Origin: an uncultured archaeon | Lineage (GTDB): Archaea; Thermoproteota; Nitrososphaeria_A; Caldarchaeales; Calditenuaceae | Assembly: GCA_938017985.1 (NCBI GenBank) | Contig: CALIKS010000001.1 | Span: 277,348 to 341,347, forward strand | DNA: 64,000 nt | Direction of reading: 5' to 3' | Part shown: positions 1 to 10,359 of the stretch, piece after piece | Layout of the letters: every line of letters starts with the position of its first letter | Numbering within the stretch: position 1 is the first letter of the stretch | The notes under the pieces: generated by a model | Database searches by the model: none | What the model was told of the DNA's origin: nothing | Seen by the model: the letters and a program-made list of their open reading frames with translations, nothing else | Made by a program: the position numbers and the translations under genes

Positions 1-120
1 TACGAAATTGGGCAGTCATTTCCATGCCTCATGGTTTCGGCCAAAACATTGCAGGGAATAAATGAGCTTCATATGACGATAACTAGAACCCTTGGAGAAG
101 GAGAAGATGAGCTGAGATGA
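1..120 (+). CDS. 3' end of a gene cut by the window edge; the tail resembles the C-terminus of a small GTP-binding protein
   Basis: Frame 1 is open from base 1 to TGA 118-120 (YEIGQSFPCLMVSAKTLQGINELHMTITRTLGEGEDELR*). VSAKTxxGIxEL looks like the SAK/G5 region of GTPases. The stop overlaps the next ATG (ATGA 117-120). Confidence 0.35.
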   Translation, partial: YEIGQSFPCLMVSAKTLQGINELHMTITRTLGEGEDELR

Positions 121-998
121 GTATCCCGCGCAACGACGACGAAATAGAGCAAACTATATATGAATTGAGAAACGAGATAAGAAACCTAGACGAGAAAATA
201 AAAGAGACTTCGGAGAAAGTAACTCAATATGCCAAGGAACGTGACCAAATCCATGAAAAGATGAAGGAAATAAAACTGAAGGTACAGTCACTAAAGCAAG
301 AAAGAATCATGTTAACAGAAAGCATTAAAGAATTAAGGAAGACTACACGTGAGCTGAGACAGAAGCTGCTGAATCATGTTATCGAAGTGAAGACTTTAAG
401 AGGCGAATTAAAGGGACTTAAACTTCCATCAGACATTAATACAATTAAGAAGAGGCTCGATGAAATTGACCTTTATCTTGCCTCACATAGGGTTAGGAGA
501 GATGAGGAGCGAAGATTGTTCGAGGAAGCCTCACGATTAGAGGCATTACTCCTAGAATACGAGAAGGCATTAAGTATTCATGAATATTTGACCGGAATAT
601 CACCAACCATAGATTCGTTAAAGAAGGAGCTAGACGAGAAAAAGGCATCGCTTGAAGAAATGCAAAAGAAATATGCTGAAATCTCGAAAGAATTAGATGT
701 TCTTAACAATATTTATAACGAGTATAAAAAACAAGCTGACGAAATGCATAGTAGATTTATTCAAATGCGTGAAAGCAGAGATAGGCTTGATGCGCAAAGA
801 ATACTCTTAGCCTCAAGGCTGTATGAATTGCAGAGAATGCTAAGGGGGAGCAGAGAAGAATTAGCAAAGAGAAAAATTAGCGAGATTAAGGAAAAGAAAA
901 AGAAAGAAGTTATGGCCAAGTTGTCGAAGGGTGAAAAAATAGAATTTGAAGAGTTAAAGATTCTACTAGAAGATAATCCAGACCTGTTTAAATCCTAG
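117..998 (+). CDS. archaeal coiled-coil protein (COG1340-like), function unknown
   Basis: 293 aa, extremely K/E/L/R-rich with heptad-like periodicity throughout and no catalytic motif. Translationally coupled to the upstream gene. Confidence 0.5.
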   Translation: MSIPRNDDEIEQTIYELRNEIRNLDEKIKETSEKVTQYAKERDQIHEKMKEIKLKVQSLKQERIMLTESIKELRKTTRELRQKLLNHVIEVKTLRGELKGLKLPSDINTIKKRLDEIDLYLASHRVRRDEERRLFEEASRLEALLLEYEKALSIHEYLTGISPTIDSLKKELDEKKASLEEMQKKYAEISKELDVLNNIYNEYKKQADEMHSRFIQMRESRDRLDAQRILLASRLYELQRMLRGSREELAKRKISEIKEKKKKEVMAKLSKGEKIEFEELKILLEDNPDLFKS

Positions 999-1063
999 AG
1001 TTTAAAAATGTTCTAATTTAGAGATATAAGGTAATTCTTTATTTAATAAATACGTAGTAGCTG

Positions 1064-2224
1064 ATGAGCAATTCCGAGGATGGTCGACTCCTATTATTAG
1101 TCATAGATGAAGATGACGACTTGGGATTTAAAGCTGGTATAAGTTCTCCTGTAATTGGACGAAAAGAAAATTATGACGCCGCTCTTAAACTCGTCATGTC
1201 TGACCCCGAGGATGCAGACGCAAATGCAATGTTTGCAGCAATAAGTCTTTATGATCAGATAATTAAGAACTCTCTTTTTGAAGTTGAAATTGTCACCATA
1301 ACTGGAAAAAAAGGGGGTGGATTAGAGTCAGATATCAAAATAGGGAAGGAACTAGACAACGTTCTTTCACAATTTCCGGCTGATAGGAGCATAATAGTGA
1401 CAGATGGACCGTTATCACAATCAATTCTCTCAATCGTGGGTTCTCGAGTAAGAATTGATTCAGTTAAGACCATCGTGGTTAAGCAAAGTCAATCAGTTGA
1501 ACAGACATGGCTCTTATTGGGCAGATACTTAAGAATGGCAATTTTTGATGTAGAATATGCTAAATATCTGCTTGGCATACCTGGAATATTTCTATTTGTG
1601 TTTGGAATTCTATACTCATTTAACCTTCTTAATCTGCCAATCATATTATCAATAATTGGTCTTGCATTTTTAATTAGAGGATTTGGAATTGATACAGCTG
1701 TATTGTCATTTTCAAGGAGGATTTATGGATTTACTGAGAGACCATTATTCATCCAAATAAGAATATTTACCAGCGTGGCAGCAATAATTCTCATAATATC
1801 AGCTTTAAGTTTTGGAGTAGGCGAAATAGTTTCTTACATTACAAGATATCTACCTAATGCGCCCCCCATTAGTGAAGAGCCAGAATTCTGGATAAGCAGG
1901 CTTGGATTATTAACTGGAATATTGCTAGTCAATGTAGTAGATCTTATGACGATTGCAGCACTAATAGTAACTGCCTACAATATTTTTTACTATTTTTATT
2001 TAAAGAGCCCAAAAATGTGGAGAATGATACAGGCTACTGTTGTTATTTTGTTTCTGTGGGCACTTCTTAAGGGTTTAGGAGAGTTCTTCAGAACTAGTCA
2101 AATCGAGTATTTGATTCAGTTATCAATAATAGCAATAATAGGCTTTGCTACTCTTGCGACATCATTTATTCTGATTAGGAGCGTCCGTAGCAGGTTTCCA
2201 CCTATTAGCAAAAAGGGACGTTAA
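1064..2224 (+). CDS. DUF373-family archaeal integral membrane protein
   Basis: Soluble N-terminal domain (LLLVIDEDDDLGFKAGISSPVIGRKENYDAALKLVMSDPEDADANAMFAAI) followed by about 6 hydrophobic helices, the layout I associate with DUF373. Confidence 0.6.
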   Translation: MSNSEDGRLLLLVIDEDDDLGFKAGISSPVIGRKENYDAALKLVMSDPEDADANAMFAAISLYDQIIKNSLFEVEIVTITGKKGGGLESDIKIGKELDNVLSQFPADRSIIVTDGPLSQSILSIVGSRVRIDSVKTIVVKQSQSVEQTWLLLGRYLRMAIFDVEYAKYLLGIPGIFLFVFGILYSFNLLNLPIILSIIGLAFLIRGFGIDTAVLSFSRRIYGFTERPLFIQIRIFTSVAAIILIISALSFGVGEIVSYITRYLPNAPPISEEPEFWISRLGLLTGILLVNVVDLMTIAALIVTAYNIFYYFYLKSPKMWRMIQATVVILFLWALLKGLGEFFRTSQIEYLIQLSIIAIIGFATLATSFILIRSVRSRFPPISKKGR

Positions 2225-2226
2225 AA

Positions 2227-3012
2227 ATGTTGCGTACTATGCTTCAAATAATAGGTATCTATAAGATATACGAAAAATGGCTAAACGTATCAGTGGCTAA
2301 AAAGGAAAAACCATCGCATATAGCGGTTATACTCGACGGAAACAGAAGATGGGCCTCATATACAGGCCTAAATCCAAGGGAAGGCTACAAATATGGAGCA
2401 CAAAAAGTTGAAGAACTGCTCAATTGGTGCTTAGATTTAGGAATAAGAACAGTAACGTTATATGCACTATCACTTGAAAATATGCAACGCAGAAAATCCT
2501 CTGAACTTGAAGAGATTTACAGAGTATTAATCGAGAAATCTAAAGATTTTTTAAATAATGATAGAGTATGGCGTGAAAAAGTAAGATTTAAGATAATTGG
2601 TAGGAAGTGGCTATTGCCTATCGAAGTGAGAGAAACATTAGACAAATTGGAAGCTGCGACTAAGCAACATGATAAATTCTTTTTAAACGTAGCAGTGGCT
2701 TATGGCGGAAGAGCCGAAATAGTAGATGCATTAAAAAATATATGCAGAGAGATAATCGAAGGAAAATTAAGGATAGAAGATATTAATGAAAAGACGGTGG
2801 AGGAACACTTGTACACTAATGGTATTCCTAATCCTTATCCAGACCTCGTGATAAGGACATCAGGTGAAGAACGCATCAGTAATTTTCTATTGTGGCAAGT
2901 AGCGTACAGCGAACTTGTCTTCATTGATGTTTACTGGCCAGAATTTAGAAAGATCGATTTACTAAGAGCAATAAGGATATACCAACAAAGAGAAAGAAGG
3001 ATGGGGGCCTAA
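2227..3012 (+). CDS. uppS: cis-prenyltransferase (undecaprenyl/di-trans,poly-cis-polyprenyl diphosphate synthase)
   Basis: HIAVILDGNRRWA, TLYALSLENMQR, IRTSGEERISNFLLWQVAYSEL and YQQRERRMG are hallmark UppS motifs. Confidence 0.9.
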   Translation: MLRTMLQIIGIYKIYEKWLNVSVAKKEKPSHIAVILDGNRRWASYTGLNPREGYKYGAQKVEELLNWCLDLGIRTVTLYALSLENMQRRKSSELEEIYRVLIEKSKDFLNNDRVWREKVRFKIIGRKWLLPIEVRETLDKLEAATKQHDKFFLNVAVAYGGRAEIVDALKNICREIIEGKLRIEDINEKTVEEHLYTNGIPNPYPDLVIRTSGEERISNFLLWQVAYSELVFIDVYWPEFRKIDLLRAIRIYQQRERRMGA

Positions 3013-4103
3013 TAAACAATATATTGATCCACTGGGTAGTTCGTTAATTGCTCAACACCCTTATCGGTTATAAGGACTGTGTCTTCAATTCTAACTCCCC
3101 AAAGACCCTCGAAGTATACTCCTGGCTCACAAGTCACTACATTCCCTTCCATGAGCTGGTCAGGACTGTTAGGAGCCAATCTTGGAGGCTCATGTATCTC
3201 AAGACCAACCCCATGCCCTAGGCCATGAATGAAATGTTTGTCTAATTCCTTTTCGGATAATATACTCCTTGCAACGCTATCAACATAGCTGCATGAGACT
3301 CCTGACCTCATAAATGATTGAGCTGCATCTTTTGCGTTTAGTACCGATGAATATATAGCTTCAAATTCGTTATCTTTTGGTTTTCCTATTATAAATGTAC
3401 GGGTGATATCTGAACAATAGCCTTCTACCATTACTCCTAAATCGATGACGACTACATCTCCATTGTTTATGACTCTGTCTCTCTTATCTGCTTTCTGTAA
3501 TGGTCCATGAGGCAGAGACGACCTATCTGCAGACGCGACGATAACTTCAAAAGCAGGTTTCTCACCCATCTGCCTATAAATTTCTGAGACAATTTCTGAT
3601 TTTACCTCATTTTCTGTTATTCCGGGACATAGGACGTCTGACGCGGCCAACATAGCTCTATCTGAAATCCTGCATGCCTCATGGATAATTCCTATCTCTT
3701 GCGAATCTTTGACTGACCGAATCTCCCAGATCAAGGACATTGAAGGCCTTATCTCAATGTTTGGAGCCATATTTGCGAGCCTTTTATATATTTCAACATC
3801 CATCCTGTCTACTGCTATTGCCCCGTCGAAGCCGAGAATGGAATGAGCTACCACTACTTCTAGAGGCTCGGCTATTCTTGTCTGCTCAATATTAAGTCCA
3901 GGAAAAGCATATCTTTCTGCCGCCTCATAGTTGATCGGCGGTACATATAGCCTCGTTTCACCATTTGTATCAACAATTAATGCTCCTGGACCATTAACTC
4001 CCGTGAAGTACAAAAGATCATAGTTATCCCAAATAATCATCGCTTGTAAACCATTGAGTTGAAGCAGTGTTGTAAGCTTATTGAGCCTCTCCTTATATCG
4101 CAT
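3009..4103 (-). CDS. Xaa-Pro dipeptidase/aminopeptidase, peptidase family M24B
   Basis: Creatinase-like N-domain plus pita-bread motifs: VVVIDLGVMVEGYCSDITRTF, HGLGHGVGLEIHEPP, VVTCEPGVY, GVRIEDTVLIT. Confidence 0.85.
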   Translation of the reverse strand: MRYKERLNKLTTLLQLNGLQAMIIWDNYDLLYFTGVNGPGALIVDTNGETRLYVPPINYEAAERYAFPGLNIEQTRIAEPLEVVVAHSILGFDGAIAVDRMDVEIYKRLANMAPNIEIRPSMSLIWEIRSVKDSQEIGIIHEACRISDRAMLAASDVLCPGITENEVKSEIVSEIYRQMGEKPAFEVIVASADRSSLPHGPLQKADKRDRVINNGDVVVIDLGVMVEGYCSDITRTFIIGKPKDNEFEAIYSSVLNAKDAAQSFMRSGVSCSYVDSVARSILSEKELDKHFIHGLGHGVGLEIHEPPRLAPNSPDQLMEGNVVTCEPGVYFEGLWGVRIEDTVLITDKGVEQLTNYPVDQYIVY

Positions 4104-4140
4104 TTCTTAACCGTAAAAGTTATTTCTATTAATTAAATCT

Positions 4141-5217
4141 TTAACTCATGGATTTCCTTAAATCTTCTCCTTCTTGATGCTCATAGAGTGATAACTGCTC
4201 GTAAAGTTTTTTTACTCTTTCTACCTTTTTTGGAGGCACTATCATAAATTTTATGATTAAGTCCCCTCTTTCCCCGCTCATCTTCCAAAATCCGCGTCCT
4301 TTCAAAATTATTTTATTTTTAAATCCATTACCAGCCGGAACCTTTAATTGAACGTAACCATCAATCGATTTAAACTTAACTTCTGTTCCTAACACGGCTT
4401 CGCTAGGCAGTATAGGTACCTTGACAATTAGGTCACCATTTCTAATAAAGAAATTTTTCTTTTTTAATATCCTCGTCCTTATAAGAATGCTAGGATTTTT
4501 AGTCCTTATGAGTGAGCCATCATAAACTCCTCGTGGAATTTTGACTGATATTTTCTCGAATCTAGTTGTGTAACCTGATCCATTGCATGATTTACATGGC
4601 CTCGTGATGATTTTTCCAGACCCTCCACACTTGCTACAAGTCATTGATACAGTATATATCATTTGTCCAAATCTACGCGTATTCACAACTTGTCCACTAC
4701 CACCACAGTTTGAACACTCTCTGATTCCACTGGGCTCAGCTCCAGATCCCTTGCAGCTTTCACACACCCCACGTATGGGGAGATTTATTATCTTAGTAGT
4801 TCCAGCAAATGCTTCCTCTAATGTCAAGTCAATGTCAATAACTATTTCATGCTCCGGCCTACCGAATATGAAGTCTCTAAAGAATCTATCAAATATTGAT
4901 TCAAAACTTCCTAGACCGAGGTCTTTAAAAATTTCATCAAAATAAGAGCTACTACTTCTAAATACTTCATCACTACTATATGCTCCTGATAGACCTGCGT
5001 GTCCATATGTGTCGTATATTATCCTCTTCTCGTCATCACTAAGTACGGCATATGCCTCGCTAATCTCCTTAAATTTTTCTTCCGCCTCTGGCGACTTATT
5101 TCTATCTGGATGATACTGCAATACTAATCTGCGATAAGCTCTTTTAATCTCCTCTTTAGTGGCATTTCTGGGAACACCCAATATCTCATAGTAATCCTTT
5201 TTACGTCCACCATTCAT
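4141..5217 (-). CDS. dnaJ: chaperone DnaJ (type I Hsp40)
   Basis: J domain [33 protein letters not shown]. Four CxxCxGxG zinc-finger repeats ([32 protein letters not shown]). Confidence 0.9.
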   Translation of the reverse strand: MNGGRKKDYYEILGVPRNATKEEIKRAYRRLVLQYHPDRNKSPEAEEKFKEISEAYAVLSDDEKRIIYDTYGHAGLSGAYSSDEVFRSSSSYFDEIFKDLGLGSFESIFDRFFRDFIFGRPEHEIVIDIDLTLEEAFAGTTKIINLPIRGVCESCKGSGAEPSGIRECSNCGGSGQVVNTRRFGQMIYTVSMTCSKCGGSGKIITRPCKSCNGSGYTTRFEKISVKIPRGVYDGSLIRTKNPSILIRTRILKKKNFFIRNGDLIVKVPILPSEAVLGTEVKFKSIDGYVQLKVPAGNGFKNKIILKGRGFWKMSGERGDLIIKFMIVPPKKVERVKKLYEQLSLYEHQEGEDLRKSMS

Positions 5218-5356
5218 TTTAGTCTATTTTATTAAAAAACTTTTGTATTATTTTAACACTATGGATACATCAAAATAAAGACAGCACCTAAAATATAATT
5301 AATAAGGATGGAAATTTAGGACCAAAACAATTAATGGAAAAATCAGGTGCTGGACG

Positions 5357-7252
5357 ATGGGACAGAAGGAATTTGAGCTTCGACGAGAAATAGGATGGTT
5401 CGGATCATTTGCGATGGGATATGGTGACGTAGGAGCAGACATTTTTATTGCTCTTGGAGTCGTGACGCTTTATGCAGGTGGCGCTTCGCCAATTGCCTTT
5501 TTAGTAGCTGCAATTGCTTATGTAGCCATAGGGCTGGCATATGGAGAACTAGCGCCCGCATATCCATATGCTGGAGGCGTACATGTATATTCATTAAGAG
5601 GACTAAACGCATTAGTCAGCTTCGTATCTGGCTGGGCGCTAATGCTAGACTATGTTCTTTGCATATCATTATTCGCAGTAGCATCAGCAGGATATTTGAA
5701 ATTTATTTTTCCAACGATAGGTGAGATGCAAATTAACTTACAAATATTGCACATAAGTGGAATCGGCATAATAGCGGCATTTCTCGTCGCACTACTGATA
5801 ATCTTAAACTACATCGGAGTAAAGTATTCTTCAGGCTTTATTTCTATGCTCGTAATTGTTGGACTTCTTATTCAGGGACTCATACTTGTCTCCGGTTACT
5901 TATTAAAGTTTGACCTGAATACATTTTTTAAACAAATCAATATTTTTGGAAACCCAACTCATATTGAGGAAGTGGGATATCTACCATTTTTTGATGTTTC
6001 GACGAATAATTTCTTGTATGGACTGACCCTAGCCATGTCTTCTTTTATAGGAATTGAATCAATAGCCCAAGCTGCGGAAGAAACAAAAAGACCATATAAA
6101 TGGATTCCCAGAGCTGCTAAATTATCAGTAATAACTGTACTAGCATCTGTAATTTCCTTCTCATTCCTAACTACTGGATCGCTCAGTTGGGAAAAGCTTG
6201 CCGAGTCGATAGAAAATCCAGTGGCTGTCATGGTTAGGAATTATCCTGTTGTGGGTTCTTATTTTGCTCCTTTAGTGGCTGTTGCTGCGTTCGTACTTTG
6301 TTTAGCATCTTCCAATACAGGCGTTATAGGTGCCTCTAGGTTAGTTGCAAGCATGGGAAAGTTCCAGCTCCTCCCAAGCTGGCTTTACAAAATACATCCA
6401 TCGTTCAGAACCCCGACTAGAACGTTGCTATTATTCGGATTGATTGGGCTAATCCTATGTATACCTGGAGACATTCCATTTTTAGCTAGTTTGTATAATT
6501 TTGGTGCACTACTAGGATACATTGTACTGATGTTAAGTTTAATTACATTGCGAATAAAAGATAGCAATGTTTATAGACCATGGAAAATGCCTCTTAACAT
6601 CATACTAAACATTAAAGGAAAAAACATTGAAATATCAATTTTGGCTATTATAGGACTTATAAGTACAACTATACTCTGGATTCTTGTCATATTACTACAT
6701 CCAGCTGCACGAGTCGCGGGATTCTTATGGCTAGGAGTCGGACTATGTGTATACACTCTTTACAGAAAGTCAATCAATCGTCCAATCGTTGATAAAAAGA
6801 CCGGGACTCAACTTGTTATTCCACAGGCATACAAAATGCATGCTTTATTACTCGTAAGACCGCTTGAAGAATTAGAAACTGTTAAAAAATCAATATTAGA
6901 AAATCTTGACACTAGGTTTGTGATAAGATTATTAAGTGTTATCGATCCATATAAATTTGGAATTAAAGCAACAGTTGAGGAACTTGAACATATTAAAGAG
7001 CAAACGCAAAAAGAACTTGAAATATTGGCTCAAGAGTTGAGAAGTCTTGGTTATGAAGCATACTCTTCAGTGATTATTGGTGAATTACTGAAGAGCGTAG
7101 AGGTAGAGGCCATAAAGAATCATGTCGACGCCGTAGCAATTATAAAGAGAATTGCTGAAAAGGCATCAATTGAAAAAGGACCAGAAGATGAGTTATTACA
7201 ACAATTGCTAAAGAAAAAAATAATAACAATTATTGTTAAGCGATCTATTTAA
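5357..7252 (+). CDS. APC-superfamily amino acid/polyamine permease with a C-terminal cytoplasmic USP-like domain
   Basis: About 12 TM helices, with the typical N-terminal GAGIF-like segment (GADIFIALG) and the IESIAQAAEETKRP motif. The roughly 150-aa soluble tail resembles universal stress protein folds. Confidence 0.8.
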   Translation: MGQKEFELRREIGWFGSFAMGYGDVGADIFIALGVVTLYAGGASPIAFLVAAIAYVAIGLAYGELAPAYPYAGGVHVYSLRGLNALVSFVSGWALMLDYVLCISLFAVASAGYLKFIFPTIGEMQINLQILHISGIGIIAAFLVALLIILNYIGVKYSSGFISMLVIVGLLIQGLILVSGYLLKFDLNTFFKQINIFGNPTHIEEVGYLPFFDVSTNNFLYGLTLAMSSFIGIESIAQAAEETKRPYKWIPRAAKLSVITVLASVISFSFLTTGSLSWEKLAESIENPVAVMVRNYPVVGSYFAPLVAVAAFVLCLASSNTGVIGASRLVASMGKFQLLPSWLYKIHPSFRTPTRTLLLFGLIGLILCIPGDIPFLASLYNFGALLGYIVLMLSLITLRIKDSNVYRPWKMPLNIILNIKGKNIEISILAIIGLISTTILWILVILLHPAARVAGFLWLGVGLCVYTLYRKSINRPIVDKKTGTQLVIPQAYKMHALLLVRPLEELETVKKSILENLDTRFVIRLLSVIDPYKFGIKATVEELEHIKEQTQKELEILAQELRSLGYEAYSSVIIGELLKSVEVEAIKNHVDAVAIIKRIAEKASIEKGPEDELLQQLLKKKIITIIVKRSI

Positions 7253-7411
7253 ACCTCACAACTAAATTTAAATTCTGCCAAATAACATAATTTTATTAAG
7301 TTAAATCATTTAAACATATAAAAAAATATAATCGCATACAGTTTACTACAAATAATTTATCTATTTGATTTTGAAGAAGGTTAATATTGCAAAAATAAAT
7401 ATAAAATTATT

Positions 7412-7915
7412 GTGGAAACGTGGATTGCTAATTTTGACGATGTATTAAACAAGTTTTATGGTAAGTCCACTATACATTTTGTGCCTTTTGGAAACCCTAT
7501 AAGAAGAGATGATGCGGTAGGAATATACATAGTTCATAAATTAATGAAAATTATAAAAAATAAAAGAATAGTTGGATTAAAAATTCACTTAGCAAGAAAT
7601 AACATCGATTCGATATTTAGTAAAATTCAACATAACGACTTAGTTATTATTTTTGATGCAATTAGAGCCGATATAGAACCCGGTTCGATAATTTTTACTA
7701 GTCTTAATTCTGCAAAATATGGACTTTTCGGAACACATAATATCCCTCTGAAAATTATGTTTGATTTTAAACTGCTACCAGAGAAATCATACATACTTGG
7801 CGTAGTTCCATATGATTTAGGTATTGGAAAAGGCTTGTCTCCGTACATTAAAAACATAGCTGACGAGATAGTTAAGATTCTATATAAGAAAATAGGTGAT
7901 AGAAATAATGAATAG
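7412..7915 (+). CDS. hycI: [NiFe]-hydrogenase maturation endopeptidase (HycI/HyaD family)
   Basis: GTG start. FGNPIRRDDAVGIYIV matches the GNxxxxDDxxG metal-binding motif of hydrogenase maturation proteases. Second acidic motif IIFDAI and a later His (GTHNIPL). First gene of the hydrogenase operon. Confidence 0.7.
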   Translation: METWIANFDDVLNKFYGKSTIHFVPFGNPIRRDDAVGIYIVHKLMKIIKNKRIVGLKIHLARNNIDSIFSKIQHNDLVIIFDAIRADIEPGSIIFTSLNSAKYGLFGTHNIPLKIMFDFKLLPEKSYILGVVPYDLGIGKGLSPYIKNIADEIVKILYKKIGDRNNE

Positions 7916-8252
7916 TGAATTTTTACTAATATTCGGCATTGTTTTAATCATATTATGTAATCTTTCTGTATATATAATGGTAGGAATAGTAAGCAAAAGA
8001 TCTGCTGGAAACTCGCCTAAATTCGATCCATTCATGGGGGGTGAAGAAAACATACCACCGAGAGGACATTATAGATCTGAGCTTTTTGTTTTTGCCGTTC
8101 TTTTCCTAGTTGCTGAAAGTTATGCATTAATTCTTGTTGGGTCATACCTATCTCTAAATGTGTATAATGTCTTGTTATACCTACTAGGTGGTGCAGCTGT
8201 AATACTGATCTCAATATGGTGGTTAGTCACTGCAGGAGGCGTCAGGATTTGA
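7908..8252 (+). CDS. NuoA-like small membrane subunit of the membrane-bound hydrogenase
   Basis: Three TM helices. KFDPFMGGEE...ELFVFAVLFLVAESYALIL parallels the NuoA K..P(Y/F)E(C/S)G ... F.vFDvE pattern. ATG 7908 is preferred over GTG 7896 because GGTGAT (SD-like) sits 7 nt upstream. Overlaps the hycI stop. Confidence 0.6.
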   Translation: MNSEFLLIFGIVLIILCNLSVYIMVGIVSKRSAGNSPKFDPFMGGEENIPPRGHYRSELFVFAVLFLVAESYALILVGSYLSLNVYNVLLYLLGGAAVILISIWWLVTAGGVRI

Positions 8253-8686
8253 AAACAAACATCAAGTCATGGGCTCAGAAAAATTCATTATGGCTATTCC
8301 ATGTAAATGCAGCTTCATGCAACGGTTGTGATATTGAATTTGTTGCTTCTCTTACACCGAGATACGATATTGAAAGACTAGGGGCTCAGCTTGTACCTAG
8401 TCCTCGACATGCCGACGTGCTTGTAGTCACCGGAACGGTTAATCCATTAATGCGTGAAAGATTGAAAAGAATTTATGAACAAATACCCGAGCCAAAATAT
8501 GTAGTTGCACTTGGTGCGTGTGCGGGTGGTGGAGGTGTAATGAAGGGATGCTATAATGTTAGTCATGGTGTTGATAAGGTCATACCTGTCGACCTTTTCA
8601 TACCCGGTTGTCCTCCAAGACCAGAAGCCATAATTTACGGATTAATGAAATTGCGAGATAAAATAAGTGGTGGTAGCCATGAGTGA
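8216..8686 (+). CDS. NuoB-like [4Fe-4S] small subunit of a group-4 [NiFe] hydrogenase
   Basis: SLWLFHVNAASCNGCDIEF, PRYDIERLG, SPRHADVLVVTGTV, GACAGGGG, IPGCPPRP. An alternative start at TTG 8249 is preceded by AGGAGG (8234-8239) and may be the real one. Confidence 0.85.
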   Translation: MVVSHCRRRQDLKTNIKSWAQKNSLWLFHVNAASCNGCDIEFVASLTPRYDIERLGAQLVPSPRHADVLVVTGTVNPLMRERLKRIYEQIPEPKYVVALGACAGGGGVMKGCYNVSHGVDKVIPVDLFIPGCPPRPEAIIYGLMKLRDKISGGSHE

Positions 8687-9128
8687 AGATAAGCTTAATG
8701 AATTGCACAATCTTAAAATTAATAAAGAAAAAAATAAGATAATGATTGAGACAAGTCCAGCCGATATCAGAGATGTTTCTAGATTTATTATAGAAAAGAT
8801 GGGTGTGAAACACTTAACTGCAATAACTGGAATTGATGAGGGTGAAAAAATATGTATAATTTATCATTTTTGGAGTGAAGGTAATTTTATTAATATCGTT
8901 ACTAGGCTTCTCAAGACAGAGCTAAAAATAGAGTCTATAACGGATATTGTTCCAGGAGCATTATTATACGAGGCGGAAGTACATGATATGCTTGGGGTCT
9001 TCTTTCATGGCAACCCATTAATGGGGACTCATCTCCTGCTTCCTGATACTTATCCGGAAGATATACCTCCGCCTCTCCGAAAAGAAATCACTCCAGAAGA
9101 GATAAGGAGGAGGATGTTGCTTGAGTGA
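8679..9128 (+). CDS. NuoC-like (30-kDa) subunit of the hydrogenase
   Basis: ITGIDEGE...YHFW...LYEAEVHDMLGVFFHGNP...LLLPD follows the NuoC/HycE-N/MbhK pattern. ATG 8679 overlaps the upstream stop; GTG 8667 is also possible. Confidence 0.8.
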   Translation: MSEDKLNELHNLKINKEKNKIMIETSPADIRDVSRFIIEKMGVKHLTAITGIDEGEKICIIYHFWSEGNFINIVTRLLKTELKIESITDIVPGALLYEAEVHDMLGVFFHGNPLMGTHLLLPDTYPEDIPPPLRKEITPEEIRRRMLLE

Positions 9129-10359
9129 TAAAGATCAAGCGGAAGAAAAATTAGCAAAAATATCTACAGGGCTAATCCAATACTCTCCAGAGGGATTGGT
9201 GCCTTTTGGCCCGGTACATCCAGCACTTAAGGAGCCGGAATACTTCAAGATAATCCTTGAAGGTGAAAAAATTGTTCAAGTAATCCCTCGAATAGGCTAT
9301 GCTCATAGAGGAATAGAAAGAGCGTTGCAGGACCGTAATTGGATACAGGCAATTTACCTCGTCGAGAGAATTTGTGGAATCTGTAGTTTTTCTCATAGTT
9401 TAGCGTTTGTCCAGACAGTCGAAAGTCTGACTGAACTTGAAATACCTAGGCGTGCAAGATACATCAGATTAATCATAGCAGAATTAGAGAGGATACACAG
9501 TCACTTATTGTGGTTAGGACTAGTTGGTTATTGGACCGGTTTTGATACACTATTCATGTGGATTTGGAGAGATAGAGAACGTGTTTTAGATTTAATAGAA
9601 TTAATAACTGGCAACAGAGTCCATAAGTCATACGCAACAATCACAGGCGTTCGCCGAGACCTACCAGAAAATATCGAGAGACATATCCAACCAGCCATGA
9701 AGTACCTCTCTGATCGAGTAAAATTTTATAAAGAAATTATAAACAGCGAAGCTACCATCTTGATACGGACCAAAGGCATAGGATGGGTCTCTCCGGATGT
9801 TGCTGTGAGGTTATGTCCCGTTGGGCCGCTATTAAGATGCATGGGATTTAAACGTGATGTAAGAACCGATGATCCTTATGCAGCGTATGATGAAATAGTC
9901 CCAGATGTGAAAACCTCAACTGACTCAGATGTTCATTCCCTACTTAATTTAAGATTAGATGAAATAGAAGACTCTATAAGAATGGTCTTAGAAGCCATTA
10001 CATCCATTCCGACAGGACAAGTAAAATCATCTATTCCAAGAGCAATTCCAAGGGGTGATGCTATGGGACATGTGGAGGCTCCTCGCGGGGAGTTATTTTA
10101 CTTTGTAAGGTCCGAGGGCGGAAATAAACCTGTTAGGGTAAAGATTAGGACACCAACCCTAGCTAATATTCTTACCGCGACTGAGATGCTTAAAGGACAC
10201 ACTCTAGCAGATGTACCAGTTGTATTAACAGGAATGGACCCCTGCTTTGGATGTATGGACAGATTGACCATCATAGATATAGGGGAAGGAAAAAGATGGC
10301 AAATTAATGGCGAAGAACTCAGGAGGTATGGTATAGAGTGGTATAATAAAAATAGGTGA
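9121..10359 (+). CDS. [NiFe]-hydrogenase large (catalytic) subunit, group 4, at the NuoD position
   Basis: N-terminal RICGICSFSH (RxCGxCxxxH) and C-terminal DPCFGCMDR (DPCxxCxxR) supply both Ni-Fe-binding cysteine pairs. A 31-aa extension follows the Arg. TTG start is preceded by AAGGAGGAGGA. Confidence 0.9.
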   Translation: MSDKDQAEEKLAKISTGLIQYSPEGLVPFGPVHPALKEPEYFKIILEGEKIVQVIPRIGYAHRGIERALQDRNWIQAIYLVERICGICSFSHSLAFVQTVESLTELEIPRRARYIRLIIAELERIHSHLLWLGLVGYWTGFDTLFMWIWRDRERVLDLIELITGNRVHKSYATITGVRRDLPENIERHIQPAMKYLSDRVKFYKEIINSEATILIRTKGIGWVSPDVAVRLCPVGPLLRCMGFKRDVRTDDPYAAYDEIVPDVKTSTDSDVHSLLNLRLDEIEDSIRMVLEAITSIPTGQVKSSIPRAIPRGDAMGHVEAPRGELFYFVRSEGGNKPVRVKIRTPTLANILTATEMLKGHTLADVPVVLTGMDPCFGCMDRLTIIDIGEGKRWQINGEELRRYGIEWYNKNR

